A DNA stretch of 64,000 bases from a virus, in the IMG/VR virus record IMGVR_UViG_3300042691_027609. One strand, given 5' to 3'. Below the pieces are notes generated by a model, which was given only the letters and a program-made list of their open reading frames with translations, had not been told where the DNA came from and ran no database searches. The position numbers and the translations under genes are program-made. Shown in pieces: positions 54,917 through 64,000 of the stretch (position 1 is the stretch's first letter; each line of letters starts with the position of its first letter).

Positions 54917-56542
54917 ATGCAAATAGACAAATTATTAGAACAACTGCTAATTATCGAAGACGATAAACTTCGTATGGAAAAACCGCCAAAAACTTTTGAG
55001 GATGATCCTATGAATTTTATTTTGAATAAGTATCAGAATCTAAATGAGATTTTGACAGAATTATTGACTGATAATTTTCAAGAATACATCACTGGTATTT
55101 ACATAATCGCACCAAAACCTACTACGTTTAAAATAGTTTTGCATAACGGGCAATACTTCTTTTTAACATATACACAAGAAGCGTATCAAGCAACAATAGC
55201 AGGAAAAAATTATTTCTTAATGACGGTTGGAGAAAAACAAAGAGCGATGTTAGCGATCTCTAGATTGTTAAGATGGGGAAGTCCACTTAAGACAAAAGGT
55301 CCTGAAGGAGCTGAACAAGGTGCAGAGGCTACAGATGCAACAGAAACACCCGCAGAAACTCCGCCAGCAGAAGGAGGAGAAAGTGGAGGCGAAGAAGAAA
55401 CTTTAGCTGAATCGAAAAATATAATAAAAAACCTTTTAGAGGTAGAAGTCAGCGGACAAGAAGCTGAAGTATTGGGCGTTGAATTATGGAACGCGTCGGT
55501 AAACTACAAAAAAGTACCACCAAAATACTCAAAATACGAAAAAGTATTTGACGAGTTACAAAAAATATCATCTAAATACAAAGTAGAAATACAACAGTAT
55601 TCTGGACAAAGAATATCAACAACTGATTTTTGGCAACAAGAAACAGGAAAATCAAAAGACGAACCAAAAACAGATCTAATATCAGTCGATAAAAAGAAAT
55701 TGAGACTTTCAGCAAAAAAAGGTCCTGCTCAAATAATGAGCGGAATAAAAGAAGAATCTAAAGCCACAATCCTTGCAGCCGCTAGGTCTGTTGGACTAGA
55801 TTCAGAAATCAAAAGTAGACTAATGAAAGAGATTGGTAGGTTGGCTGATACTACAAAAACTGAAAAATTAAATACTGGCGAATTAAGAAAAACTGATATT
55901 AAAAATTTAAAATCTAAAGTAAATATACAAGCAAAAAAAGTTTTAAATTCTGCTATTAAAGCTAACGCAGCTTTACAAAAAGATTTAGACGATCTATTCG
56001 TTAAAAATAAAGAATTTAAAAAAGCGTTTGTGTATGAAGCTATGACAGGAACTCAAAAATTTGGCAAAGGATCTCCAGCTGAAGCAAACTACGTAATCGC
56101 ATTTAGTAATGATTTTAATCACGTTAAATTTGAAGACGTATCAAAAATGAGTTCTCCTGTAATCGATAAGATTTCTGATAAAACAAAACTCTCAGTTAGT
56201 TTTAAGTCTACATCGTATAAAATAAAAGGCGAAAAAGCTGGATACAATTTCTTCTCAGTAATAAGACTTGGTCTTGAAGATTTAGTGGAAAAGCAAGACA
56301 AGCTAAACGAAGCAATGAAAAACGCAAATTTGAGTGAAAACGTTGTCATCGACAAAATAAAACAATTTTTGGCTTATTTACAAGATAAGTTTAATAAAGT
56401 GATAGATTATATATCAGAAAGTGTAAAAAAGCTTACTGAGCTTATCCAACAAGGAATTGAAAAAGCTTTAGAATTTCTTGGTATAGAAATACGAACATCT
56501 ATCGATTACACAGGACCAGAAGATTTTTATAGCATAATATAA
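54917..56542 (+). CDS. Two-domain late protein; C-terminal PD-(D/E)XK-like nuclease domain
   Basis: Acidic linker, then KNLLEVE, then E...PKTDL...RLSAKK. Confidence 0.6.
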   Translation: MQIDKLLEQLLIIEDDKLRMEKPPKTFEDDPMNFILNKYQNLNEILTELLTDNFQEYITGIYIIAPKPTTFKIVLHNGQYFFLTYTQEAYQATIAGKNYFLMTVGEKQRAMLAISRLLRWGSPLKTKGPEGAEQGAEATDATETPAETPPAEGGESGGEEETLAESKNIIKNLLEVEVSGQEAEVLGVELWNASVNYKKVPPKYSKYEKVFDELQKISSKYKVEIQQYSGQRISTTDFWQQETGKSKDEPKTDLISVDKKKLRLSAKKGPAQIMSGIKEESKATILAAARSVGLDSEIKSRLMKEIGRLADTTKTEKLNTGELRKTDIKNLKSKVNIQAKKVLNSAIKANAALQKDLDDLFVKNKEFKKAFVYEAMTGTQKFGKGSPAEANYVIAFSNDFNHVKFEDVSKMSSPVIDKISDKTKLSVSFKSTSYKIKGEKAGYNFFSVIRLGLEDLVEKQDKLNEAMKNANLSENVVIDKIKQFLAYLQDKFNKVIDYISESVKKLTELIQQGIEKALEFLGIEIRTSIDYTGPEDFYSII

Positions 56543-56550
56543 TCAAATAT

Positions 56551-56907
56551 ATGTCATTTAATTTACAAAAATATCTCATAGAAAATAATTTGACCCTAAC
56601 AGGTAAAATAAGACTTCGTGAAGAGGAAGAAGATGCAGAAACTGAACCTTCAAAAGAAGACATGAAATCGACAGAAAAGGATATGAGAGATCTCGATAAA
56701 AATAAAAACCAACTTAAAAATTTACAAGCAAAAGTAAAAGACATAATCTTCAAGTTTACTAAAGATACACCTCAGGGTAAAGTCTTGATAGATGTAACAG
56801 CATATAAAAAAGCAATTGGAGATTTACCTAAAAAAATAAAAGATCTCAAAAAGAAAATTGACGCGGTAGAAAATCCACAAGCAGATGATTCAGAAGATCA
56901 AGACTAA
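56551..56907 (+). CDS. Putative virion-internal protein with FNLxxYLxEN leader
   Basis: MSFNLQKYLIENNL. Confidence 0.7.
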   Translation: MSFNLQKYLIENNLTLTGKIRLREEEEDAETEPSKEDMKSTEKDMRDLDKNKNQLKNLQAKVKDIIFKFTKDTPQGKVLIDVTAYKKAIGDLPKKIKDLKKKIDAVENPQADDSEDQD

Positions 56908-56918
56908 TAGAGTAAAAT

Positions 56919-57251
56919 ATGAAAAACATAATAACATATATCGCAATAACAATTGGATTGATTTGTATTGGAATATCAATATATGAACCAAAACCTACTA
57001 TGCCAAGCGAATATAAGAATGCTATAGATTCTCTTACCAAAGCAAACAATGCATTACAACAAAAACAAAGGGAGTTAGATAGCGTAATAGGTAATTATCA
57101 GATACAGATATACGATTTAGATTATAAACTGTCTAATATCAAAGAAAAAACAACTGTCATTAAAGAATATTACCACGAAATAAGCAAACAAACGCAGTCA
57201 TACAATACAACGCAAGTAGACTCATTTTTAAGAAATCGATTTAACTACTAA
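56919..57251 (+). CDS. Membrane-anchored coiled-coil protein (spanin-like candidate)
   Basis: N-terminal TM plus coiled coil. Confidence 0.5.
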   Translation: MKNIITYIAITIGLICIGISIYEPKPTMPSEYKNAIDSLTKANNALQQKQRELDSVIGNYQIQIYDLDYKLSNIKEKTTVIKEYYHEISKQTQSYNTTQVDSFLRNRFNY

Positions 57252-57652
57252 TGAAAAAGCTAATATTCATACTACTCATATCTCCGCTAAAACTAATAGC
57301 GCAAGATACCATACACATACCAGCTCCCGCTGCTAAAGCTATAGTTCAAGAATTAGTCGGTTGCGATAGTGTAAAAGCTATACACGAATTAACAAAAGAA
57401 CAATTGACTGTATTAGAAAAAAAGACTGAAATACAAGACAGCGCAATATCTGGATACAAAGAAAAGATGCGTATGTATAAAGAAATGTTATACAACGAAC
57501 AGGAAAAGTTTGACGTACAAAATAAATGGGTTGACGATCTAAAGAAAGACGTTAGAAAGCTCAGGATATCTAATAAGATATACAAAACCGGTTTTTGGGC
57601 TGGATTATTCATAGGCACTATTGGATACATTTATTTAGCAAAGCCGTTTTAA
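57251..57652 (+). CDS. Signal peptide, coiled coil and C-terminal TM protein (spanin-partner candidate)
   Basis: LIA-QD signal; C-terminal GFWAGLFIGTIGYIYL. Confidence 0.5.
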   Translation: MKKLIFILLISPLKLIAQDTIHIPAPAAKAIVQELVGCDSVKAIHELTKEQLTVLEKKTEIQDSAISGYKEKMRMYKEMLYNEQEKFDVQNKWVDDLKKDVRKLRISNKIYKTGFWAGLFIGTIGYIYLAKPF

Positions 57653-57682
57653 AAAACAAAACCTCTTCCCTACCATAAAAAT

Positions 57683-57709
57683 AGCTCAACGTAACAGTTG
57701 GGCTTTTTT
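57683..57709 (+). terminator. Rho-independent terminator
   Basis: AGCTCAAC-gtaaca-GTTGGGCT plus T run. Confidence 0.8.
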
Positions 57710-57723
57710 GTATATTTATATAC

Positions 57724-59322
57724 ATGAGTGAGCAACAAAATATAAAAGAAAAAATAAAGGAAGAGTTTGTAAAATGTGCTCAAGATCCTGTTTACTTCAT
57801 GAAGAAGTATTACATGATTCAACATCCGCAAAGAGGTCGACAATTGTTCGATCTTTATCCATTTCAGGAAAAAGTTTTACGTCTATTCCAAAAGTATCCC
57901 GACTCAATTATTAATAAATCTAGACAGTTGGGTATATCGACACTTGTTTCTGCATATTCTTTGTGGTTGATGATATTCAATAAGGATAAAAACGTTCTTG
58001 TAATAGCTACCAAACAAGATACCGCAAAAAATATGGTAACTAAAGTAAGATTTGCTTACGATAACCTACCAGTCTGGCTTAGAATAGGAGCTACTGCAAT
58101 TGAAAACAATAGGTTAAGCTTAAGATTGACAAATGGATCTCAGATTAAAGCCGTATCAGCTGCAGGTGACTCTGGTCGTTCTGAAGCTGTGTCGCTGCTT
58201 GTAATCGATGAGGCTGCGTTTATTGACAACATTGAAACTATATACACTGCGGCTAAAATGACTCTTGCTACCGGTGGTGGGTGCATTGCGCTTTCTACTC
58301 CAAATGGTATGGGTAATTGGTTCCATAAGACTTATACAACTGCTCAAAAGCAAGAGAATAATTTTATACCCATATCTTTACCGTGGACCGTCCATCCAGA
58401 AAGAGATCAAGCTTGGAGAGACGAACAAGACGTAGATTTAGGTAAAAGAAACGCTGCACAAGAATGCGATTGCGACTTCTTAAGCTCAGGTAATACAGTT
58501 ATCGAACCAGATATACTTACTTGGTACGAACAAAATATGATATGCGAACCAATTGAGAAAAGAGGTGTTGATAAATCTTATTGGATATGGGAATATCCTG
58601 ATCCTATGAAATATTATGCGGTGATCGCTGACGTTGCTCGAGGTGACGGATCAGATTATTCTGCTTTTCACGTAATAGATATAGATACTATGGCGCAAGT
58701 TGCAGAGTATCAATCTCAGTTGGGAACAAGAGAATACGCAAATGTTTTAATTTCTGCTGCCACCGAATACAATCAAGCGTTACTTGTCGTAGAAAATAAT
58801 AATATTGGATGGGACGTTGTTCAATCGATAGTAGAAAGTGGATACACTAATATGTATTATAGCTTAAGAACAGAGGGAAATTCGGATTTTGTTACATATA
58901 TAAACAAATACGAAAGATCAGATGGACTAGTCCCAGGATTTTCGATGAATCAAAGAACTAGACCACTTGCGATTGAAAGAATGAGAGATTCTATTGAGAA
59001 TAAAGTTGCGATAATAAAATCGCGTAGATTGTTAGAAGAGCTTAGAGTTTTTATTTGGAAAAATAATAAGCAACAAGCAATGAACGGATATAATGACGAT
59101 TTAACATTGTCTTTCGCAATGGGAATGTACTTGAGAGAAACATCTCTTAGGTATAGAAAGACAGCTGAAAGTTTGACATATAGTGCATTAAACAACTATT
59201 CAAGAACGACTAGTGAAATGCCTCTATACAACGCAAACAGTAACATAAATCAAAATCCGTGGGGAATGAACGTAAACAATGCCCAAGGTCAACAATTTGA
59301 AGATCTTAGGTGGCTAATATAA
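57724..59322 (+). CDS. terL: Terminase large subunit (T4 gp17-like)
   Basis: LYPFQ, KSRQLGIS (Walker A), LVIDEAAF (Walker B), STPNG, ADVARGDGSDYS, NDDL. Confidence 0.95.
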   Translation: MSEQQNIKEKIKEEFVKCAQDPVYFMKKYYMIQHPQRGRQLFDLYPFQEKVLRLFQKYPDSIINKSRQLGISTLVSAYSLWLMIFNKDKNVLVIATKQDTAKNMVTKVRFAYDNLPVWLRIGATAIENNRLSLRLTNGSQIKAVSAAGDSGRSEAVSLLVIDEAAFIDNIETIYTAAKMTLATGGGCIALSTPNGMGNWFHKTYTTAQKQENNFIPISLPWTVHPERDQAWRDEQDVDLGKRNAAQECDCDFLSSGNTVIEPDILTWYEQNMICEPIEKRGVDKSYWIWEYPDPMKYYAVIADVARGDGSDYSAFHVIDIDTMAQVAEYQSQLGTREYANVLISAATEYNQALLVVENNNIGWDVVQSIVESGYTNMYYSLRTEGNSDFVTYINKYERSDGLVPGFSMNQRTRPLAIERMRDSIENKVAIIKSRRLLEELRVFIWKNNKQQAMNGYNDDLTLSFAMGMYLRETSLRYRKTAESLTYSALNNYSRTTSEMPLYNANSNINQNPWGMNVNNAQGQQFEDLRWLI

Positions 59323-59331
59323 ATTTAAAAA

Positions 59332-61242
59332 ATGGCAGATCAACAACAACAAAAACAGAATAACTTATTTTCTACATTAAGAAGACTTTTTTCTACCGAC
59401 GTTATTATAAGAAATAATGGAGACGGTGCTCTTAAAGTAGTCGACGTAGATAGAATTCAAAACAATGGTGTTATTCAAACAAACGCTCTTGTAGATAGAT
59501 TTCATAAAATTTATACGACTTCTACCGCGTATGGAGTTAATCTTAACTTAGCACAAAACTACCAATCAGCCAGGATTCAAATTTATGCTGATTATGACGC
59601 TATGGATACAGATGCGATAGTATCTTCGGCTTTAGATATTATAGCTGACGAATGTACGCTTAAAAACGAACAGGGAGAAGTATTACAGATCAGATCTTCT
59701 GATGAAGCAATACAGAAAATACTTTACAACTTATTTTATTCTGTTCTAAATATAGAATTTACTCTTTGGTCATGGATTAGAAATATGTGTAAGTATGGAG
59801 ATTTCTATCTTAAGATGGAGATAGCCGATAAATATGGAGTGTACAATGTGATACCATTTTCTGCTTACAATATAATTAGACAAGAGGGATTCAACCCTAA
59901 CAATCCAAACGAAGTTAGATTCAAATACGATCCACTTGGAGCTCTAGGAACAACCTCAGGATTTAGCTCTGCTTACAACAACGAAGATCCAGGAATCTAT
60001 TTTGATAATTACGAAATGGCTCATTTTAGATTAACTGGAGATGTTAACTATTTACCGTACGGAAGATCTTATCTAGAACCAGGCAGAAAGTTATTTAAGC
60101 AGTACACTCTTATAGAAGATGCGATGCTGATCCATCGTATCACTCGTGCCCCAGAGAGAAGAACATTTTATGTGAATGTAGGAGCAATACCTCCAAACGA
60201 AGTAGAAAATTACATGCAGAGAATGATCAATAAGATGAAAAAAACTCCTCTTATAGATCCTAATACAGGTCAGTACAATCTAAAATACAACCAACAAAAT
60301 CTACTCGAAGATTTCTTTATCCCAGTCCGTGGCAACGATACTACAACAAAGATAGACACTGCAAAAGGTTTGGAATATAATGCTATTGAAGACGTACAGT
60401 ATTTTAGAGAGAAGCTTTTCGCAGCTCTAAAAATACCAAAAGCTTTCATGGGATACGAAAAGGATTTGACTGGTAAAGCCACATTAGCTGCAGAAGATAT
60501 TCGTTTTGCAAGAACAATAGAAAGAATACAGAGAATTATAGTTTCCGAATTAACTAAAGTTGCGCTAGTTCATTTATATGCTCATGGATATACAAACGAA
60601 TCAGCAGCTAATTTTACTCTCTCATTAACGAACCCTTCGATTATTTACGAACAAGAAAGAATCGCACTCTTCAAAGAAAAAGTTGCATTAGCGAAAGACG
60701 CTATGGAAGCAAACTTATTACCTAAAGATTTTATCTACGATAAGATATTCCAATTCTCTGAAGATCAATATGCTGAATTAGAAGATATGATCATTGAAGA
60801 TAAGAAAAAAGGGTTTAGAATAAAACAGATCGAAGAAGAAGGTAACGATCCAGCTGAAACAGGCCAAGTGTTTGGTACGCCTCATCAATTAGCTAGTTTG
60901 TACGGAGGAAAAGGGGATTCACCCGTGGACATTCCAACAGGCTATGATGAAACCGTAGAAAAAGGACCAGGAAGACCTAAAAAATACCAATCAAAAATTG
61001 GCACCGATGCGTCAGCTTTTGGAAGAGATCCTCTTGGTAAAAACGATATGAAATCAGCAACAGATCAAGGAGAAAATGATAAACTAAAGGTTCAATATAA
61101 AGGCGGACCTCTAGCTTACGAAGGCGCAATGGGAGAATATATAAAAAATAAACAAATGCTCGATCAGTTTGGAAGATCAACTAAAATGTACAATCAACCA
61201 AATCTTTTAAGTGAAGACAATATAAAAACTGATCTAGATTAA
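59332..61242 (+). CDS. Portal protein (T4 gp20-like)
   Basis: EDAMLIHRITRAPERRTFYVNVG, EDFFIPVRG, DVQYFREKLFAALKIP. Confidence 0.95.
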   Translation: MADQQQQKQNNLFSTLRRLFSTDVIIRNNGDGALKVVDVDRIQNNGVIQTNALVDRFHKIYTTSTAYGVNLNLAQNYQSARIQIYADYDAMDTDAIVSSALDIIADECTLKNEQGEVLQIRSSDEAIQKILYNLFYSVLNIEFTLWSWIRNMCKYGDFYLKMEIADKYGVYNVIPFSAYNIIRQEGFNPNNPNEVRFKYDPLGALGTTSGFSSAYNNEDPGIYFDNYEMAHFRLTGDVNYLPYGRSYLEPGRKLFKQYTLIEDAMLIHRITRAPERRTFYVNVGAIPPNEVENYMQRMINKMKKTPLIDPNTGQYNLKYNQQNLLEDFFIPVRGNDTTTKIDTAKGLEYNAIEDVQYFREKLFAALKIPKAFMGYEKDLTGKATLAAEDIRFARTIERIQRIIVSELTKVALVHLYAHGYTNESAANFTLSLTNPSIIYEQERIALFKEKVALAKDAMEANLLPKDFIYDKIFQFSEDQYAELEDMIIEDKKKGFRIKQIEEEGNDPAETGQVFGTPHQLASLYGGKGDSPVDIPTGYDETVEKGPGRPKKYQSKIGTDASAFGRDPLGKNDMKSATDQGENDKLKVQYKGGPLAYEGAMGEYIKNKQMLDQFGRSTKMYNQPNLLSEDNIKTDLD

Positions 61243-61278
61243 ATAACACTATATTTATAAATAGTATAAAATCTATTC

Positions 61279-62136
61279 ATGGCAGTCAAACATTCTAAAT
61301 ACAGAAATACGGGAGTTCTATTTGAGCTCTTAGTAAGACAAACTACATCAGACTTATTAAATAACAAAGACTCAAAAGCCGTAAAAATACTAAAAAAGTA
61401 TTTTAATAACACTGAATTGGGTAGAGAGTATGGTTTATATAACACTCTTGCAACGAGTAAAAAACTTAGCGAAGCTAAAGCTGAAATACTAATATCTACG
61501 TTAATAGAGCAGTTTAGAAAACTAGATATCGAAAAGATAAATAAGTTAAAATATAATTTAATAAAAGAAATTAAATTAAATTACGATATAGAAGATTTCT
61601 TTAAAGCCAAAATAGATAATTACAAAAATTACGCTTGTTTATATACTATATTTGAATCTCAGTATCATAAATTTATCGATACAAAACAAGTGTTACTCAA
61701 TAAAATAAATTTGTTAGAGTCGCTTAGCGATCAAAGCATAGTAGACAAAAAAGCTCCTCAATCTATAATGGAAGATTTCATGAGAGAGGACAAAGAAGTT
61801 AGATTGTTAGCATACAAAATTCTTGTTGATAAATTCAACGAGAGATACGAAACTCTTAGCGAAACACAAAAAACGATACTGAATAAATACGTTAGTAGCA
61901 TATCAGATACTAAGTCATTGGTGTCTTATCTAAACGAAAAAATCGAAGACGTAAAAACCAAATTAACTAAACTATCAAAATCTACCACTGATAAAGTGAT
62001 GAGAATAAAGTTACAAGAGGTAGTAAAGTTAATAAAGCCGTTGGAAGAAAACAAATCAATAAAAGACGAATCTGTTATTGGCATATTGCAATGTTACGAT
62101 TTAATAGATGAAATCAATGAACAAAAAGATAAATAA
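61279..62136 (+). CDS. Probable prohead core/scaffold-related protein
   Basis: Helical; directly after portal; late motif upstream; LSE/LLE sites. Confidence 0.55.
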   Translation: MAVKHSKYRNTGVLFELLVRQTTSDLLNNKDSKAVKILKKYFNNTELGREYGLYNTLATSKKLSEAKAEILISTLIEQFRKLDIEKINKLKYNLIKEIKLNYDIEDFFKAKIDNYKNYACLYTIFESQYHKFIDTKQVLLNKINLLESLSDQSIVDKKAPQSIMEDFMREDKEVRLLAYKILVDKFNERYETLSETQKTILNKYVSSISDTKSLVSYLNEKIEDVKTKLTKLSKSTTDKVMRIKLQEVVKLIKPLEENKSIKDESVIGILQCYDLIDEINEQKDK

Positions 62137-63697
62137 AGAGTTCGATATGCACTCAGCAAATCGTAATCTGAGAGCACCCGAAATAACTTTTTCTATAACA
62201 AATCCAAGATTGGACGACATATTTAATATGGAATTTGGTCCGACAGATTATATAGAAAAAGAAGGCGATATATACTATACGTTAACTCCAAATGAATTTG
62301 ATAGGTTCTTAGATTTTGCAATGTCTTCCGGATTTGATGTAGATAGATATGTAAACCAAATAGAAGATTTATCAGAAGAAGGATCAGTTACCGGTGGAGA
62401 AGCTTTTTTGCCATCATTACACGCTAAAAAGAAAAGCACTGTAAAAGAGGGGGAATATCCGTACAGAATAGAAGTCGCAGTAAGCGACGCTCATAAAGCT
62501 TTAGATATAGTTCGATCTGATAGAATGTTTAGTAATAATGTTAGAATATACTCTTCAAATTTTTTCTTATCAGATGATCCAAGCATTATTTCTGAATTGT
62601 TTGATGAATTTGAAAAACAAGGCGTTCAAATGATATCGTATGAAGTGCCTAGTGAAGCATCAGATTTTTACGAAAGCATACTATCAGGATATAAAGAAGT
62701 ACCAGGATTCAGACCTGGTCACACTCCAGACAAAGGCGGGTTTCAGTATAAAGATCTTTGGGGTATGAATGAATCTTATACTCCATCAAAAACCAATGCA
62801 GAAGAATTAGCTCGCGTAGAAGCATTATTATCTCAAGCTCATGTAGATAAAGCATACTCAGTAATGAGTTCTTATGAATTTAGAATTAAAATGCTTAGAT
62901 TACTAGTCGGACTAGAGAAAAAATATGGTATTGCACTACCATTTTTAAAATTTGGTTTGATGGTAGGTGATTATCTTGCTAAATATTTTCCAGGATTCAA
63001 AGGGAAATTTGGTCCATACGCTCAAAATTGGAAATCAGTAAAAGATCATATTGAACAGAATATTCAACAACAAAGTATGAATGAGGACGCATGTTGGTCA
63101 GGATACCAAATGGTTGGTATGAAAGACAAAGGCGGAAGACAAGTTCCCAATTGCGTGCCTGTTAACGAAGAAGAATTAGAAGAGGCGTATATTCCTTCAA
63201 ATATTGAAGAATTCGCTAAAAGAAAAGGTATAATGCCTATAGTTAAACAAGTCTCACGTTGGGCAGAAAAAGCGGGCAAACGTATTGTTGGTGGAACAGC
63301 GATTGGTAAAAATTATAGTACGTTAATCTTAGACTTAACTTACCAAGGCGGAGAAATAAGAATCAACACCGACACAGATGAGATAGAAGTTAAAGGCGAG
63401 GAAGTTTATGACTATAACAGTTTTGTTACTGCGTTAGGTACGTTAAATGAAAACTACGCTCGTTTTAGAAACGAAACCAAAACAAGATCAGGTTCAGAAC
63501 AGTATCATCAAGCTGTGAAGTTAGTGAAGAAAAAAGTACAAGAAATTTCTAAGCTACATAGTTACATGGAGAGAATGCAACAAGAGCTCAGCGAAACTCA
63601 AGACGGACTTAAAAAGAAAAAATACACACAAATGGCTATTGACAAAATCAAAGCTGAAGTAAAAGAACTAAATAATAAAATCAAAAAACTAAAATAA
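62108..63697 (+). CDS. Modular polyprotein-like late protein
   Basis: Short blocks separated by LSE, VKE, FYE, MNE, MNE, VNE, LEE, LNE sites. Confidence 0.7.
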   Translation: MKSMNKKINKEFDMHSANRNLRAPEITFSITNPRLDDIFNMEFGPTDYIEKEGDIYYTLTPNEFDRFLDFAMSSGFDVDRYVNQIEDLSEEGSVTGGEAFLPSLHAKKKSTVKEGEYPYRIEVAVSDAHKALDIVRSDRMFSNNVRIYSSNFFLSDDPSIISELFDEFEKQGVQMISYEVPSEASDFYESILSGYKEVPGFRPGHTPDKGGFQYKDLWGMNESYTPSKTNAEELARVEALLSQAHVDKAYSVMSSYEFRIKMLRLLVGLEKKYGIALPFLKFGLMVGDYLAKYFPGFKGKFGPYAQNWKSVKDHIEQNIQQQSMNEDACWSGYQMVGMKDKGGRQVPNCVPVNEEELEEAYIPSNIEEFAKRKGIMPIVKQVSRWAEKAGKRIVGGTAIGKNYSTLILDLTYQGGEIRINTDTDEIEVKGEEVYDYNSFVTALGTLNENYARFRNETKTRSGSEQYHQAVKLVKKKVQEISKLHSYMERMQQELSETQDGLKKKKYTQMAIDKIKAEVKELNNKIKKLK

Positions 63698-64000
63698 TGG
63701 ACAATTTTAACATCAAACAGTATTTGTTTGAAAACAATTTAGGACCATTTACCAAACCAGATGGTATTAGCGCTGATCAAGTCATTGATGTCGATGCGAC
63801 TTTAAGAACTATTCAGTCTGCAGTAAGATCTGGAGCGGTAGTAATGGTTGGAGACAAGAAAATTTTTAAGATGCCATTCATAAATTTGGCAACCTTTGAA
63901 GGCGGTGGCAAAGTACAGTTTCCAAGACAAGCTGAGCCTTTAGAAGATATGTTAGCAACTGAAATAACGATTGACGGAAAAACGATCAGTCCAATATATA
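63697..64000 (+). CDS. Partial ORF with FNIxxYLxEN leader (runs off window)
   Basis: MDNFNIKQYLFENNL...; TAATG coupling. Confidence 0.75.
   Translation, partial: MDNFNIKQYLFENNLGPFTKPDGISADQVIDVDATLRTIQSAVRSGAVVMVGDKKIFKMPFINLATFEGGGKVQFPRQAEPLEDMLATEITIDGKTISPIY

Noticed and set aside
57724-59322. Intein or intron in terminase (also checked primase and portal)
   Set aside because: Normal lengths, contiguous motifs, no intein splice-junction signatures.
1-64000. Stop-codon reassignment (TAG or TGA), as in some Bacteroidota phages
   Set aside because: Long conserved genes (terminase, portal, wedge) are uninterrupted in code 11, and both TAG and TGA end genes at tight junctions.
1-64000. CRISPR array, DGR, integrase or transposase
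   Set aside because: No regularly spaced direct repeats and no reverse transcriptase or recombinase motifs seen.

Overview
64 kb segment of a large, AT-rich, T4-like (myovirus-type, probably jumbo) dsDNA phage in the standard genetic code. The host is most likely a Bacteroidota bacterium, based on SD-less A-rich start contexts, a T9SS C-terminal-domain protein and a DUF4884-like lipoprotein. Layout: (1) 1-14.8 kb, + strand: thyA, an IMPDH/GMP-reductase gene, a dense array of small early-type genes with several paralog families, and an RNA cluster with two aberrant tRNA-like genes; (2) 14.9-20.5 kb: four envelope-targeted genes, two of them behind sigma54-like promoters; (3) 21.5-24.4 kb: an HhH glycosylase plus two aGPT-Pplase/amino-acid:DNA-transferase-like genes (probable DNA hypermodification); (4) 26.8-45.6 kb, - strand: baseplate/tail module, gp55-like sigma factor, HD protein and a CxxC protein; (5) 45.9-64 kb, + strand: primase, exonuclease, many late genes, amidase, terminase large subunit, portal and core-like proteins. 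The most striking pattern is that about 15 otherwise unrelated late proteins (GNAT, ParB-like, kinase, nucleotidyltransferase, nuclease-like and others) share a short N-terminal M-x-K-L-x-x-L-L-x-E leader. The leader also recurs internally between domains, suggesting a capsid-targeting and protease-maturation system that loads a modular effector cargo into the virion. All family assignments come from motif recognition by eye; no database searches were run.
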